Shown here: positions 18,435 through 27,915 of the stretch, piece after piece
Layout of the letters: every line of letters starts with the position of its first letter
Numbering within the stretch: position 1 is the stretch's first letter
Origin: a virus
Virus genome (UHGV): UHGV-0247568
Reading direction: 5' to 3' (one strand)
Length of the DNA: 64,000 nucleotides
The notes under the pieces: model-generated
Database searches by the model: none
Told to the model about the DNA's origin: nothing
The model's input: the letters and a program-made list of their open reading frames with translations, nothing else
Position numbers and translations under genes: made by a program

Positions 18435-19724
18435 TTGATGAAATGGTTTGAAATTTTAGAAGAAGTTAGTTTTGCAAAAGGTAAAGAAAAAGTTGAAGTA
18501 TTGAAAAAACATAAAGATGCAGCATTATTACCAGAGATTTTAAATTTTTTATATAATCCACGAATTGTTACTGGAATTAGTAAAAAGAAAATGGGTAAAG
18601 AATTAGAAATTTCAAAAACAGTTGAAATTCCTGATGAGAACCATAGAGTAGCTTCAATAATGGAATATTTACATGAAAATAATACTGGAAAAGATCAAGA
18701 TTTAATTTTTGTAAAATCTATTATTGAATCAACTGACGATATGAAGGAACGTCAATTTTTGGAATCTTTAGTTGTAAAAGATATGCCAATTGGAATTAGT
18801 GCGAATTCAGTTAATAAAGTATGGCCAAAATTAATTCCAGTTTTTAAATTACAAAAAGGACAATTATTTGAAGGCTCATTTGAAGGACCACAAATTGTAT
18901 CATTAAAAATTGATGGCAATAGTGCAACAGTTTTTAATTTAGAAGAGAAAACTTATATGCTTTCAAGAAGTGGCGCTATTATGGAAGGTTTTGACCATAT
19001 TCTCAATTATTATCGTCATATTCTACCTTTTGGATATGTTTATCAAGGTGAATTAATTGCGAAAAATTATAATAATTTAGACCATGGAGAATTATTCCGT
19101 TATTCAAATGGTATTACAAACAGTAAGAAAAACGATGAAAAGACAATGTTACAACACGTAGTATTTGACGTAATTCCCATTGAGGATTTTGAAAAAGGAA
19201 AGAGTGACATGGTTTATATTGATAGAATCTCAATTGCGCAGTCTTGCGTTGAGGAATATCAACCATACGGAGAAACGTATAAAAACGTCTGTGTTGTGCC
19301 TTTCTATTCTCATACGACAAAAATTGAAAATATTATGAATTTAGCAAATGAAGTGATTAAAGATGGATTAGAAGGTTTGATGATTTGTACGTCAGATTCC
19401 AAATATAAAGTTGGTAAACAAAAGTGGCTGCAAAAAGTTAAAGAGTTTAACGCAATGGACTTAGAAGTTATTGACATAAAAGAGCACGTTCGTGGTGGGA
19501 AAGTTGGAGCTCTTATTGTAAATTATAAAAATAATGAAATCGGTGTTGGCGGAATTACTGATGAATTAAGAGAAAAATGGTGGAATAATCCGAATGAAAT
19601 CATTGGTAAGATTATTGAAGTAAAATATTTCCGCTCCACGGCGGATAAAAATGGAAAAGAATCACTCCGTTTTCCTACTTTCGTCCGTGTACGTGATGAT
19701 AAATTTGAAGAAAGTTTTGATTAA
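18435..19724 (+). CDS. ATP-dependent DNA ligase
   Basis: Nucleotidyltransferase motif I 'SLKIDGNSA' (KxDG). Downstream 'EGLMIC' and 'KYKVGKQK' motifs. 429 aa. Confidence 0.7.
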   Translation: MMKWFEILEEVSFAKGKEKVEVLKKHKDAALLPEILNFLYNPRIVTGISKKKMGKELEISKTVEIPDENHRVASIMEYLHENNTGKDQDLIFVKSIIESTDDMKERQFLESLVVKDMPIGISANSVNKVWPKLIPVFKLQKGQLFEGSFEGPQIVSLKIDGNSATVFNLEEKTYMLSRSGAIMEGFDHILNYYRHILPFGYVYQGELIAKNYNNLDHGELFRYSNGITNSKKNDEKTMLQHVVFDVIPIEDFEKGKSDMVYIDRISIAQSCVEEYQPYGETYKNVCVVPFYSHTTKIENIMNLANEVIKDGLEGLMICTSDSKYKVGKQKWLQKVKEFNAMDLEVIDIKEHVRGGKVGALIVNYKNNEIGVGGITDELREKWWNNPNEIIGKIIEVKYFRSTADKNGKESLRFPTFVRVRDDKFEESFD

Positions 19725-19738
19725 GAAAGGAGATTCTT

Positions 19739-19930
19739 ATGCTTAATTGTGATTATGAAATGATCATGAAAAGGGAATTTGATTATTTATTAAAAAATGG
19801 AAAATTAAGTGATTGGGCATTAAAAAATTTACCTCCAAGTAAAAAAGAAACATTATTTAATGCACTTGAAGCAAAAATTGATGGTGAAGCGACTGCAAGT
19901 GGACTATCTGAAATAATTGAACACAAATAA
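19739..19930 (+). CDS. Hypothetical protein
   Basis: 63 aa, RBS AGGAG. Confidence 0.4.
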   Translation: MLNCDYEMIMKREFDYLLKNGKLSDWALKNLPPSKKETLFNALEAKIDGEATASGLSEIIEHK

Positions 19931-19939
19931 TTTTTTAGT

Positions 19940-20085
19940 GTTTTCGAAAGGTTGACCTTATAACCTTTCGGAAGCACTATTTTAAAATAAAAAATAAATT
20001 TTATTCAAAAAGTTGGAAAAACTGTTTACAAATTGGCATTTCTAATGTATAATAAATATATAATAAATAAACAAAAGAAAGTAGG
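19940..20085 (+). repeat. ~145-bp regulatory cassette (hairpin cgaaaggtt...aacctttcg + TTTACA/TGTATAAT promoter + conserved leader), copy 1 of 2
   Basis: Near-identical to 58275-58415; both precede small helical-protein genes. Confidence 0.6.
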
Positions 20086-20087
20086 AA

Positions 20088-20309
20088 ATGACAATGGAAA
20101 ACAAAAAACAAATGATGGAAAACAAAATCAATGAATTAAGAAAAGAAGCTGGTAAATTATATGAAGATTTAGACAAAGCTTTTGCAGCAAATAACATTGA
20201 ATTATATGATGAAATTGGAGATGTTATGAGCGCTAAATATGAAGAATCTCGTAAATTAATCGTTGAATTTAATGCCACATTTGGTGAACCACCACATTTA
20301 AACTGGTAA
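20088..20309 (+). CDS. Hypothetical small protein
   Basis: 73 aa. Confidence 0.4.
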   Translation: MTMENKKQMMENKINELRKEAGKLYEDLDKAFAANNIELYDEIGDVMSAKYEESRKLIVEFNATFGEPPHLNW

Positions 20310-20396
20310 AAAAATGGAACCAACGGTTTACAAATTAGTAAATCGTTGGTATAATATAAATATAAACAATAATAAAAAAAGAAAGAAGAGATAAAA

Positions 20397-20600
20397 ATGT
20401 TTACACTCATTGTAATTTTAACAATTATTTTAAATTTTGTCCAACGTAATAATATTAAAAAATTAATTGAAAAAGATGACGCAGCTGCAAAAATGGAATT
20501 AGTTAAATTAGGTCGTCGTGGATGTTTTATCACTAAAAAGAACAAAAACATGGTATTCAATTATTTAGCAGAAAAAAATTTAGAAGTTAATAATTTTTAA
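20397..20600 (+). CDS. Hypothetical small membrane protein
   Basis: 67 aa, hydrophobic N-terminus; promoter cassette at ~20327-20365. Confidence 0.4.
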   Translation: MFTLIVILTIILNFVQRNNIKKLIEKDDAAAKMELVKLGRRGCFITKKNKNMVFNYLAEKNLEVNNF

Positions 20601-20620
20601 TTATAAGAAAGGAAATAAAT

Positions 20621-20833
20621 ATGACAGAAAAAATGATTGATTGTGAATATGGTGACAAATTTTTCATTGATAAAAGTACGAACTTAGATGGAGAGAATAT
20701 TGTACAATTTCAAATGACGGAAAGTGATGAAATTTGTTACGTAGATAAAGTTAGTTTAAATAAGGAAGCGTGTATTGATTTAATTAAAATTTTAAAAAAG
20801 GATATGGATATAAAAGATGAAGAATTGGTATGA
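20621..20833 (+). CDS. Hypothetical protein
   Basis: 70 aa. Confidence 0.35.
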   Translation: MTEKMIDCEYGDKFFIDKSTNLDGENIVQFQMTESDEICYVDKVSLNKEACIDLIKILKKDMDIKDEELV

Positions 20834-21227
20834 AGAAAATGATATTTTGATGTCTATTGAAAATAGTCAGAAATACATTGTTTCAAAAGCTCCAAATGAT
20901 GATAATACTTTTTATAAGTTAATTCCTTTTAATAATCGATCAGAATTAAATAATAAAGAGGTTATGAACGCAAAATTAAAAATCATTGCTTTGCCTAAAG
21001 TAGTCCATGGCGAAATGATTATGATTGGTAAAAACGACGATTATTGCCGTATTGTTCCGGATCCTCTTAAAGTAATTAACGAAAATGGGAAATTCATTCA
21101 GTTGTCGGTAGATAACGAAGTCCATGGAAAAATCGAAATTAAAATTGGAAAAGAACGTATCCATTTAGATGAAAAAGAACTCAATGATTTAATTGATGAA
21201 ATTGAGGAAATAAAAAAATATCTATAA
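20817..21227 (+). CDS. Hypothetical protein
   Basis: 136 aa. Confidence 0.4.
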   Translation: MKNWYEENDILMSIENSQKYIVSKAPNDDNTFYKLIPFNNRSELNNKEVMNAKLKIIALPKVVHGEMIMIGKNDDYCRIVPDPLKVINENGKFIQLSVDNEVHGKIEIKIGKERIHLDEKELNDLIDEIEEIKKYL

Positions 21228-21256
21228 AAAGTATTTTAATAAAATGGTCCATGGAG

Positions 21257-21285
21257 TTTACAAATATCCTCAAATTTGATATAAT
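21257..21285 (+). promoter_or_regulatory. Sigma-A-type promoter TTTACA-N17-TGATATAAT immediately preceded by CCATGGAG
   Basis: 'ccatggagtttacaaatatcctcaaatttgatataatataa'. Confidence 0.55.
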
Positions 21286-21311
21286 ATAAAAATAAACAAT
21301 AGAAAGAAGAG

Positions 21312-21872
21312 ATGTGTAAAATAATGAATGTAGCAGTTTTTATGGGTTCAAGATTTGGAAAAAATAAAATGCACAAAACTAATGCTAAAAAGTTAGGTAA
21401 AACATTAGCATTAAATGATCATATGTTAATTTATGGTGGTTCTGTTTCAGGATTAATGGGAACAGTTGCAAAATCTGTTAAAAAATATGGTGGAAAAGTA
21501 ACTGGTGTTTATCCAAAGGGACATTTTGAAGATGAGAAACCACTTTACGATATTGACTTTTTTATTGAAGTTGACAATATGGATGATCGTAAGAGAAAAT
21601 TAATTGATTTGGCGGATGCATATGTAATCTTACCTGGCGGCACAGGTACTCTTGAGGAATTCGCACAATTACTTTGTGAAATGATGATTAATATCACTCC
21701 ATGGAGACCAATTTTTATCCTTAATGAAGATGGTTTCTACAATGGATTAGCTTCACAATTATACACTTTCATTCATGAAGGCTTTAGTTATGAAAATAAA
21801 AAATTAGCAAAACATATTTATATTTGTGATACAATTGATATTTTACAAGAGAAAATCGAGGGATTATCATGA
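21312..21872 (+). CDS. LOG-family (TIGR00730) Rossmann-fold nucleotide N-glycosidase-like protein
   Basis: Signature 'IYGGSVSGLMG' and 'LPGGTGTLEE' (PGGxGTxxE). Confidence 0.65.
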   Translation: MCKIMNVAVFMGSRFGKNKMHKTNAKKLGKTLALNDHMLIYGGSVSGLMGTVAKSVKKYGGKVTGVYPKGHFEDEKPLYDIDFFIEVDNMDDRKRKLIDLADAYVILPGGTGTLEEFAQLLCEMMINITPWRPIFILNEDGFYNGLASQLYTFIHEGFSYENKKLAKHIYICDTIDILQEKIEGLS

Positions 21873-22057
21873 AACAAATTTTAAATGATAGAAAAATGCA
21901 CGTTGAAAGATCATTGTCATTTTTAACTAATATCATACAAATTTATAAAAATAAAAATGATGATGAATCTAAAGAAAAATTTAAAATTGTAAAATCTTTA
22001 ATTAAATCATATCAAAAAGAATTAAAAGAAATTGATAGAAAGTTGGAGGATATTTAA
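21869..22057 (+). CDS. Hypothetical protein
   Basis: 62 aa. Confidence 0.35.
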   Translation: MKQILNDRKMHVERSLSFLTNIIQIYKNKNDDESKEKFKIVKSLIKSYQKELKEIDRKLEDI

Positions 22058-22684
22058 ATGGAATTCTTAAAAGAAGGACAGAAAGTAGTAGTAAAATACA
22101 ATGAAAATGAAACAAAAATTGGTCAAATTATCGAAGTTGATGATTTAGATTCAGAAATGCCATATCGTGTACAATATAAAGACGGTAGTAAAATTTGGGT
22201 ATATGCAACAGATGTCAAGCCATATAATCCACGGCGGAAAGTATATTTAGCTGGCCCATTCTTTAGTGATAAACAAATTGAGATTGTTAATGAACTCCAT
22301 GGCGCGTTAAATGAAAACAAATCAATTGAAAGTGTATTCGTTCCAATGGAACACCAAATGAACGATGGAGATTTAGAAGAGTTTACAGCTCCATGGGCTT
22401 ACGCTGTAGCTATGAATGATTATAAAAATGTTCGTGAAGCAGATATTGTGGTCGCAATTGTTGATTTTGATGGTCAAGATATGGATAGTGGAACAGCAGC
22501 AGAAATTGGATATGCATATGCCATTGGAAAACCAGTTTTCTTGTTCCATAAAGAAAACCATGAAATTATGGTTAATTTAATGGTAACAGAAGTTGCTCAA
22601 GCATATTTTACTGATTTACAACAAGTAAAAGATTATAATTTTACTACTCAGGAAAAAATTCCTTTCTCAGGAAATTATCGTTAA
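22058..22684 (+). CDS. Nucleoside 2-deoxyribosyltransferase with N-terminal ~55-aa SH3/KOW-like domain fusion
   Basis: 'KVYLAGPFF' and 'DMDSGTAAEIGYAYAIGKPV' (catalytic Glu region) match the NDT family. N-terminal domain resembles small ORFs at 12360 and 42268. Confidence 0.65.
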   Translation: MEFLKEGQKVVVKYNENETKIGQIIEVDDLDSEMPYRVQYKDGSKIWVYATDVKPYNPRRKVYLAGPFFSDKQIEIVNELHGALNENKSIESVFVPMEHQMNDGDLEEFTAPWAYAVAMNDYKNVREADIVVAIVDFDGQDMDSGTAAEIGYAYAIGKPVFLFHKENHEIMVNLMVTEVAQAYFTDLQQVKDYNFTTQEKIPFSGNYR

Positions 22685-22712
22685 AAATTAAAAAATATTT
22701 GCTCCATGGAGT

Positions 22713-22740
22713 TTACAAAATTCCATGGAGTTGATATAAT
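22713..22740 (+). promoter_or_regulatory. Promoter TTTACA / TGATATAAT with CCATGGAG copies immediately upstream and inside the spacer
   Basis: 'gctccatggagtttacaaaattccatggagttgatataat'. Confidence 0.55.
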
Positions 22741-22756
22741 ATAATTAAATAAATGA

Positions 22757-23611
22757 TTGAAAGAGAGGAAACTAATGTTGATTACAGCAGCTGGGAAAAT
22801 TGGAGCTGGAAAAAGTACAATCACTAAATTATTATCAGATGTACTTGAAACAAAAGCAGTATATGAACCAATTGAAGAAAATCCATTATTAGAAAAATTT
22901 TATGAAGACCGTGGAAAATATGGTTTTGTATTTCAAATCGATATGATTAGTCGCCGATTTGAATTAATTCAACAAGCATTAATGAAAGATAATTCTGTAT
23001 TAGATCGCTCCATTTTAGAAGATTCAATTTTTCTTGACCAATTACATTATGAAGGATATGTAAATGATTTTGAGCATGAAGCATATCATAAATTATTAGA
23101 TAGAATGATGAAAGAATTAGCATGTTTACCTAAAAAATTACCAGATTTATTAGTGTACATTGATGTTGATTTTGAAACAGAAATTGAACATATTAACAAA
23201 AGAGCACGTGAATTTGAAAAAGTAAATAAAGGCGACGAATTGTATGAATATTTCAAATTACATTCCCAGTTTTATGATAAGTGGATTGAAAATTTTGATT
23301 TAACGCCAGTTATTAAAATTGATGCTAAACAATATGATTTTGCTAATAATAAAGAAGATCAACAAGAAGTTTTATCACAAATTGTAGCAAAATTAGTTGA
23401 AATTCGTGCATTAACATTTAATGAAGCAGTTTTAGCATATTGTAATATTTATAAAGCACAACCAAAAGATGTAGCAATTAAATTATATAATAAAGTGCAA
23501 ACCCTAATGAATGGTATGTTAGAATATCATAATTTAGCTTTATTATATGATGAAAAATTAGATACAGTTGAAAAACTGAAAAAACGCATTAAAAACCAAA
23601 ATAAAAAATAG
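22757..23611 (+). CDS. Deoxynucleoside kinase (dCK/dGK/dNK family)
   Basis: P-loop 'AAGKIGAGKST', 'LDRSILEDSIFL' (ERS/DRS-like motif). Likely true start ATG 22775. Confidence 0.6.
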   Translation: MKERKLMLITAAGKIGAGKSTITKLLSDVLETKAVYEPIEENPLLEKFYEDRGKYGFVFQIDMISRRFELIQQALMKDNSVLDRSILEDSIFLDQLHYEGYVNDFEHEAYHKLLDRMMKELACLPKKLPDLLVYIDVDFETEIEHINKRAREFEKVNKGDELYEYFKLHSQFYDKWIENFDLTPVIKIDAKQYDFANNKEDQQEVLSQIVAKLVEIRALTFNEAVLAYCNIYKAQPKDVAIKLYNKVQTLMNGMLEYHNLALLYDEKLDTVEKLKKRIKNQNKK

Positions 23612-23632
23612 AAGAAAGTAGGAAATTATTTT

Positions 23633-24388
23633 ATGTTTGCAGCTTTAAAAGGAATTACGAAAAAAGAAGTTTTAGGAAATATTAAAGAATTATTCACATT
23701 ACAATATTATAAAGAAGGTTTAACTGGTTGGATGCCAATTACAAAAATTGCATGGTTAATTGGTTTTGCGATTATTGTTGGAACAGGTATTCCGCATGGT
23801 TTTGCAATTACAAATATTATTTCAATTGTGTCTGGATTAATTGGATACACATGTGTATTAGCAATTACAAATGGTAAGCGTATTAATGGGTTGCTTGGTT
23901 TTATTTCTGCTGTTGGTATTGGTGGTATGGCAATTCATGCTGGTAACCCAGCCGATGCAGTTATGCAATTAGCATATTTATTAGCATTAGATATTCCAGT
24001 AATTATCTTTGGTCACCGTTGGACAGCAGCAAAAATTAAAACATTTGACTTCAATGCTTTAAAAATTATTTTAGTAATTGGAATCATTGGTTTTGGATTA
24101 ATGTACTCAATGGACGCATTTTGGTTACACACTCCACGGCCTATGTTAGATGCTTTCGGAGCAACAATTGGTTTCATTGGTTCTGGATTAATGCTAGCAA
24201 AATACTCAACTCAATACTTTTTCTGGAATTTCCAAGGTATTATGAGCTTATTATTATGGGGTGTTACTGCATACCATGGAGATGCTAACTGGGTATTATT
24301 TGCAACTTATGCAATGTATTTAATGAATTCAATGATTGGAGCATTCCATTCTCCATGGGCTGAAGCTCGTAAAAATAAACATAAATAA
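23633..24388 (+). CDS. PnuC-family nucleoside/nicotinamide-riboside transporter
   Basis: 251 aa, ~7 TM helices. C-terminal pattern 'LAKY...FFWNFQG...LLLWGVTAY...NWVLF...HSPWAEARKN' resembles PnuC. Confidence 0.55.
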   Translation: MFAALKGITKKEVLGNIKELFTLQYYKEGLTGWMPITKIAWLIGFAIIVGTGIPHGFAITNIISIVSGLIGYTCVLAITNGKRINGLLGFISAVGIGGMAIHAGNPADAVMQLAYLLALDIPVIIFGHRWTAAKIKTFDFNALKIILVIGIIGFGLMYSMDAFWLHTPRPMLDAFGATIGFIGSGLMLAKYSTQYFFWNFQGIMSLLLWGVTAYHGDANWVLFATYAMYLMNSMIGAFHSPWAEARKNKHK

Positions 24389-24413
24389 AAAATATAATAA
24401 TAAGAGAAAATGT

Positions 24414-24443
24414 AAAACTCCACGTAATTGTGGAGTTTTTATT
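24414..24443 (+). terminator. Rho-independent terminator
   Basis: aaaactccac-gtaatt-gtggagttttt then T-run. Confidence 0.6.
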
Positions 24444-24461
24444 GAAAGGAAAATAAAAAAA

Positions 24462-24743
24462 ATGAATTTAAGTGAGGAATTAAGAGATCAAATTATACTT
24501 TTTCTAGAAAGTCACTATTTTATTGAGGTAGTTGACTTAAACAAAACGAGAGCTAAAGAAAGTGCGATGGAAATATTAAATTTCATTAAAGATTTAGGTG
24601 GAGAATATGAATTAGAAGAAATGGAAACAAATGGTTGGGAACATGATATTTTAATCCCATTTGAATATAAAACTAAAAAATATACATTAAATTTTGGTGC
24701 AATGTATAATAATATGTTAATTTATAGAGAGGGCGCTGAATAA
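24462..24743 (+). CDS. Hypothetical protein
   Basis: ATG 24462 with GAAAGGAAA RBS (track ORF begins upstream at 24336 inside the terminator). Confidence 0.4.
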   Translation: MNLSEELRDQIILFLESHYFIEVVDLNKTRAKESAMEILNFIKDLGGEYELEEMETNGWEHDILIPFEYKTKKYTLNFGAMYNNMLIYREGAE

Positions 24744-24992
24744 ATGAATATTAATAGAATCGTGGTTTATGGACGCACTAATTGTCCTCAATGTAAAATG
24801 ACTTGTAAAGTGTTAGAAAAAGAAGGTATTGAATATCGATATATTAACATTGACGAAAATCAACCAGAAAGATTAAGATTAACACTTTTAGGCTTTCAAA
24901 CAGTTCCAGTGACACGCGTTGTTTTTGAAAATGGCGAAAATGATCAATATATCACTGGTTTTAGACCGAATGAATTGAAAAAATTAAAATAA
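24744..24992 (+). CDS. NrdH-like glutaredoxin
   Basis: 82 aa, 'CPQC' redox motif, glutaredoxin-like layout. Confidence 0.65.
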   Translation: MNINRIVVYGRTNCPQCKMTCKVLEKEGIEYRYINIDENQPERLRLTLLGFQTVPVTRVVFENGENDQYITGFRPNELKKLK

Positions 24993-24997
24993 ATAAT

Positions 24998-25035
24998 GTG
25001 AGACGTTTACATAACGTCTCTTTTTTGATATAATA
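24998..25035 (+). promoter_or_regulatory. Terminator-promoter cassette: hairpin gagacgTTTACAtaacgtctc + T6 + TGATATAAT
   Basis: -35 hexamer lies in the terminator loop; T-tract serves as spacer. Confidence 0.6.
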
Positions 25036-25075
25036 TAAACATATATAAGAGAAAGAAAACGTAGGAGAGATTATA

Positions 25076-26107
25076 ATGGCAGGATACGCAGAAAACACAA
25101 TGTTTTTTGGTCAAATTGATGGAAAAACATTGAATAGTTTGGGTAAATTAGATAGAAGTGTAAAAACATTAAAAGACAGATCAAAACAAGTAAACGATAT
25201 TATTGATTCAACTAATTATTTTGTTGAATATTTATCAAAATATTATAAAGTAAGTATTAATGCAAATGAAGCAACAAGTGAAGACGTTGATATTTTTAAA
25301 TACTTAGAAAGAATGGCAACATATTTATTAAATAGTGATGAATCTATTGCTTTAGATAAAGCAGAACAAAAAACATATATTTTCCATAATCAAACAATGC
25401 AAAAATATTTAGATCGTGAAAAAATTAATGTAAATAATAGCAATGGACAAGAAAATATTGTTGATTCTGAAAATGTTGTCCACGCTTTATTAGCTAAAAA
25501 ACAAAACAGTCGAAAATTAAAAGTTCAAACAATTACAGTTGAGGATTTAAAACGCAATGACAAAGTTGGCGAAATTTTAAGAGAATATCAACTAATGCTC
25601 AATGCCATTGACAAAAAGCTTAGTGAACCGCAAGATAAAAAATGGGCAATATACACAAGACAAAAATATTTAGTAAAACAAGATATGGTTGATGCAAAAG
25701 ATATGTTGCTCGGTGTATGGGGCTACAACACTAATTTTAAAGAATCACATATTCCAGATTTAGACATTTTTGATTTTACAGACTTTAAAACAGTTAAATA
25801 TTTACTAACATTTAGTAAGCCAAATGTGTCAGAGAATGAAGATATGTGGTGTGTTTGGCAAGACTTTATTGAAACAGTTAAAAAAGCTAATTTAACTCAA
25901 GAGGAATTGGAAATTTTTAAGTGTTTACAAGATGGGTGGAAATTACAAGAAATTAGTGATGAGTTTGGTATTAAATACCATGGACTTTACCAAACAACAA
26001 TCCCAAGAATCGCTAAAAAGATCATGAAGGTTGGTAACAAATATGATTGTACTGATCCTAAAATAAAAGAGAAAATTAATAACCGAAAAGAAAAAGCCAA
26101 ATCATAA
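25076..26107 (+). CDS. Hypothetical protein with C-terminal sigma-70 region-4/LuxR-type HTH; candidate transcription factor
   Basis: C-terminus 'LTQEELEIFKCLQDGWKLQEISDEFGIKYHGLYQTTIPRIAKKI'. Confidence 0.4.
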   Translation: MAGYAENTMFFGQIDGKTLNSLGKLDRSVKTLKDRSKQVNDIIDSTNYFVEYLSKYYKVSINANEATSEDVDIFKYLERMATYLLNSDESIALDKAEQKTYIFHNQTMQKYLDREKINVNNSNGQENIVDSENVVHALLAKKQNSRKLKVQTITVEDLKRNDKVGEILREYQLMLNAIDKKLSEPQDKKWAIYTRQKYLVKQDMVDAKDMLLGVWGYNTNFKESHIPDLDIFDFTDFKTVKYLLTFSKPNVSENEDMWCVWQDFIETVKKANLTQEELEIFKCLQDGWKLQEISDEFGIKYHGLYQTTIPRIAKKIMKVGNKYDCTDPKIKEKINNRKEKAKS

Positions 26108-26154
26108 GAGTAGTTTACAAAACTACTCTTTTTTGATATAATATAATTATAAAA

Positions 26155-27027
26155 TTGAAAGGAAATGGTTTCATGAAATATAATGAATATATTAACGGTT
26201 CCGAATGGTTAGAAAAGAGTTCTAGATATTTAGAAATGTATCCAATTTGTGAATTATGTCACAAATTTCCGTCAACACAAGTTCACCATACTAGTTATGC
26301 AAGAATTGGGGAAGAATTACGTAAAGATTTAATGGGAGTTTGTGATCGTTGCCACACTCATTTACATTTGTTGCCGCCAATGATTAAAGATGAAGCACGT
26401 TTGAAAAAAGCAAATAAATTAATTCGTGATTTTATCAAATATCCTGAAATTAAAACAATCGCACTAAATGAATTAATGTTAAAATATTATCCGGGTAAAA
26501 TTTACATGAAAGAATTAGCAGAAGAAGCTTGTCCAGAAACAGCATTTTTCATGCAAAACGTTATGGAAATTTTAGATGCAGATAGTAAAAATCTTAAAGT
26601 CGATTTAATTGAAGAATTAACACGTATTGTTTATATGTTAAAAGTTCAAGCAGCAAAAAATGCTAAAAAGAAAAAAGAAGATGAAAAAATTCGAAAAGAA
26701 AAATTTGAAAATGGTGAATTTGATTATCTTTATGATATTGCTGAACAAAGCAAAGCCGAAAAAATTAAAGAAAGTACATTGGATGAAATTTTAGAAAATC
26801 GACGTAAAAATTTCTGCTTAAATGAATTAAAATCGAAACCAATTTTAGGTGAAGCAATGCGCTGGGCTAATATTGAATATTTTAATGGTCAAATGTTTTT
26901 TAAACGTTCTGGAATTGATACTCCAGCTAAATTTTATTTATGCTTATATGAAAAAGGCGCTACAGAAGAATTATTTACACATTTAGGTGGTAAGCCAAAA
27001 GATTTAGTAGGTGAATTCAATGTTTAA
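26155..27027 (+). CDS. Hypothetical protein with N-terminal HNH-like Zn-binding motif (CxxCH...HH...CxxCH)
   Basis: 'CELCH...HHTSY...CDRCH'. Confidence 0.35.
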   Translation: MKGNGFMKYNEYINGSEWLEKSSRYLEMYPICELCHKFPSTQVHHTSYARIGEELRKDLMGVCDRCHTHLHLLPPMIKDEARLKKANKLIRDFIKYPEIKTIALNELMLKYYPGKIYMKELAEEACPETAFFMQNVMEILDADSKNLKVDLIEELTRIVYMLKVQAAKNAKKKKEDEKIRKEKFENGEFDYLYDIAEQSKAEKIKESTLDEILENRRKNFCLNELKSKPILGEAMRWANIEYFNGQMFFKRSGIDTPAKFYLCLYEKGATEELFTHLGGKPKDLVGEFNV

Positions 27028-27664
27028 ATCAATTATTGATTTTTTTGAAAAAATTAGGCCAAAGAATAATGCAGAGTTAATCATGGAAGCGGAAGTGACC
27101 ATGATTAACAATAAAATAAGAGAATTAAAAAACGAGATTCAATCAGCCCGTTTTGACTCTAAAGAACTCAAAAAATCACTTATCGAATTAAAAAACGATA
27201 TTGAAGGTTTTTCAGAAAAAACCTTAAATAGCGATGCAAATCAAGAGAAAAACGATGATGAAGAACAATGTGAAAGTTTTCCTTCGTTTGAAAGAGGATT
27301 TTTGAAAATCTCAATGAGTTTGGACTTCGAATTTATTGAATGCATTAAAAGTGGTCTAAACAATTTAAACGGTAAAACCATTTTATATAGTGGAGATATT
27401 ACTGAAGCAATTTTAAAAAATATTGTACCAAAAGTTGAAGGCTATGATTTATTTGACATAGAATTTGTAGACGATATTTTTGAAGGCTCCATGGTGAAAA
27501 AAGTTAATTTTTATCTAATTAAAGTATTGGATGAATCAGTAATTTATGGTGGAGACGTTGAGTTACAAAGGTATAAAAATTATTATGGTGGAGTAACTAC
27601 AGAAGATATTAAAAAAAATATGCAAAAATTTTCGGAGGCATTCAAAGATGATAAAAACAGGTAA
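27011..27664 (+). CDS. Hypothetical protein
   Basis: 217 aa. Confidence 0.4.
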   Translation: MNSMFKSIIDFFEKIRPKNNAELIMEAEVTMINNKIRELKNEIQSARFDSKELKKSLIELKNDIEGFSEKTLNSDANQEKNDDEEQCESFPSFERGFLKISMSLDFEFIECIKSGLNNLNGKTILYSGDITEAILKNIVPKVEGYDLFDIEFVDDIFEGSMVKKVNFYLIKVLDESVIYGGDVELQRYKNYYGGVTTEDIKKNMQKFSEAFKDDKNR

Positions 27665-27815
27665 AATTGAAAAAGAAAAGTTGAATTTTTCATTGCATAA
27701 AAATGATAAAGGCGAAATTATTCGAGTGCCTTTAAAAAATAAAAAAGTTGTGAGTCGTCAAGAGCGTGTAAAAAATAATAAAATTAAAAAAGCTTTGAAA
27801 AAACGCAAAAAATAA
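27648..27815 (+). CDS. Small basic protein (55 aa), hypothetical
   Basis: ATG 27648 overlapping previous stop; Lys/Arg-rich; not in ORF track. Confidence 0.3.
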   Translation: MIKTGKIEKEKLNFSLHKNDKGEIIRVPLKNKKVVSRQERVKNNKIKKALKKRKK

Positions 27816-27915
27816 GTTTACAAAAATTAAAATAGTTGATATAATATAAATATAAATAATGATTAATGAAAATCATTAAAAATAATATAAAAGAAAAGAA
27901 AGTAGGAATTTAATT

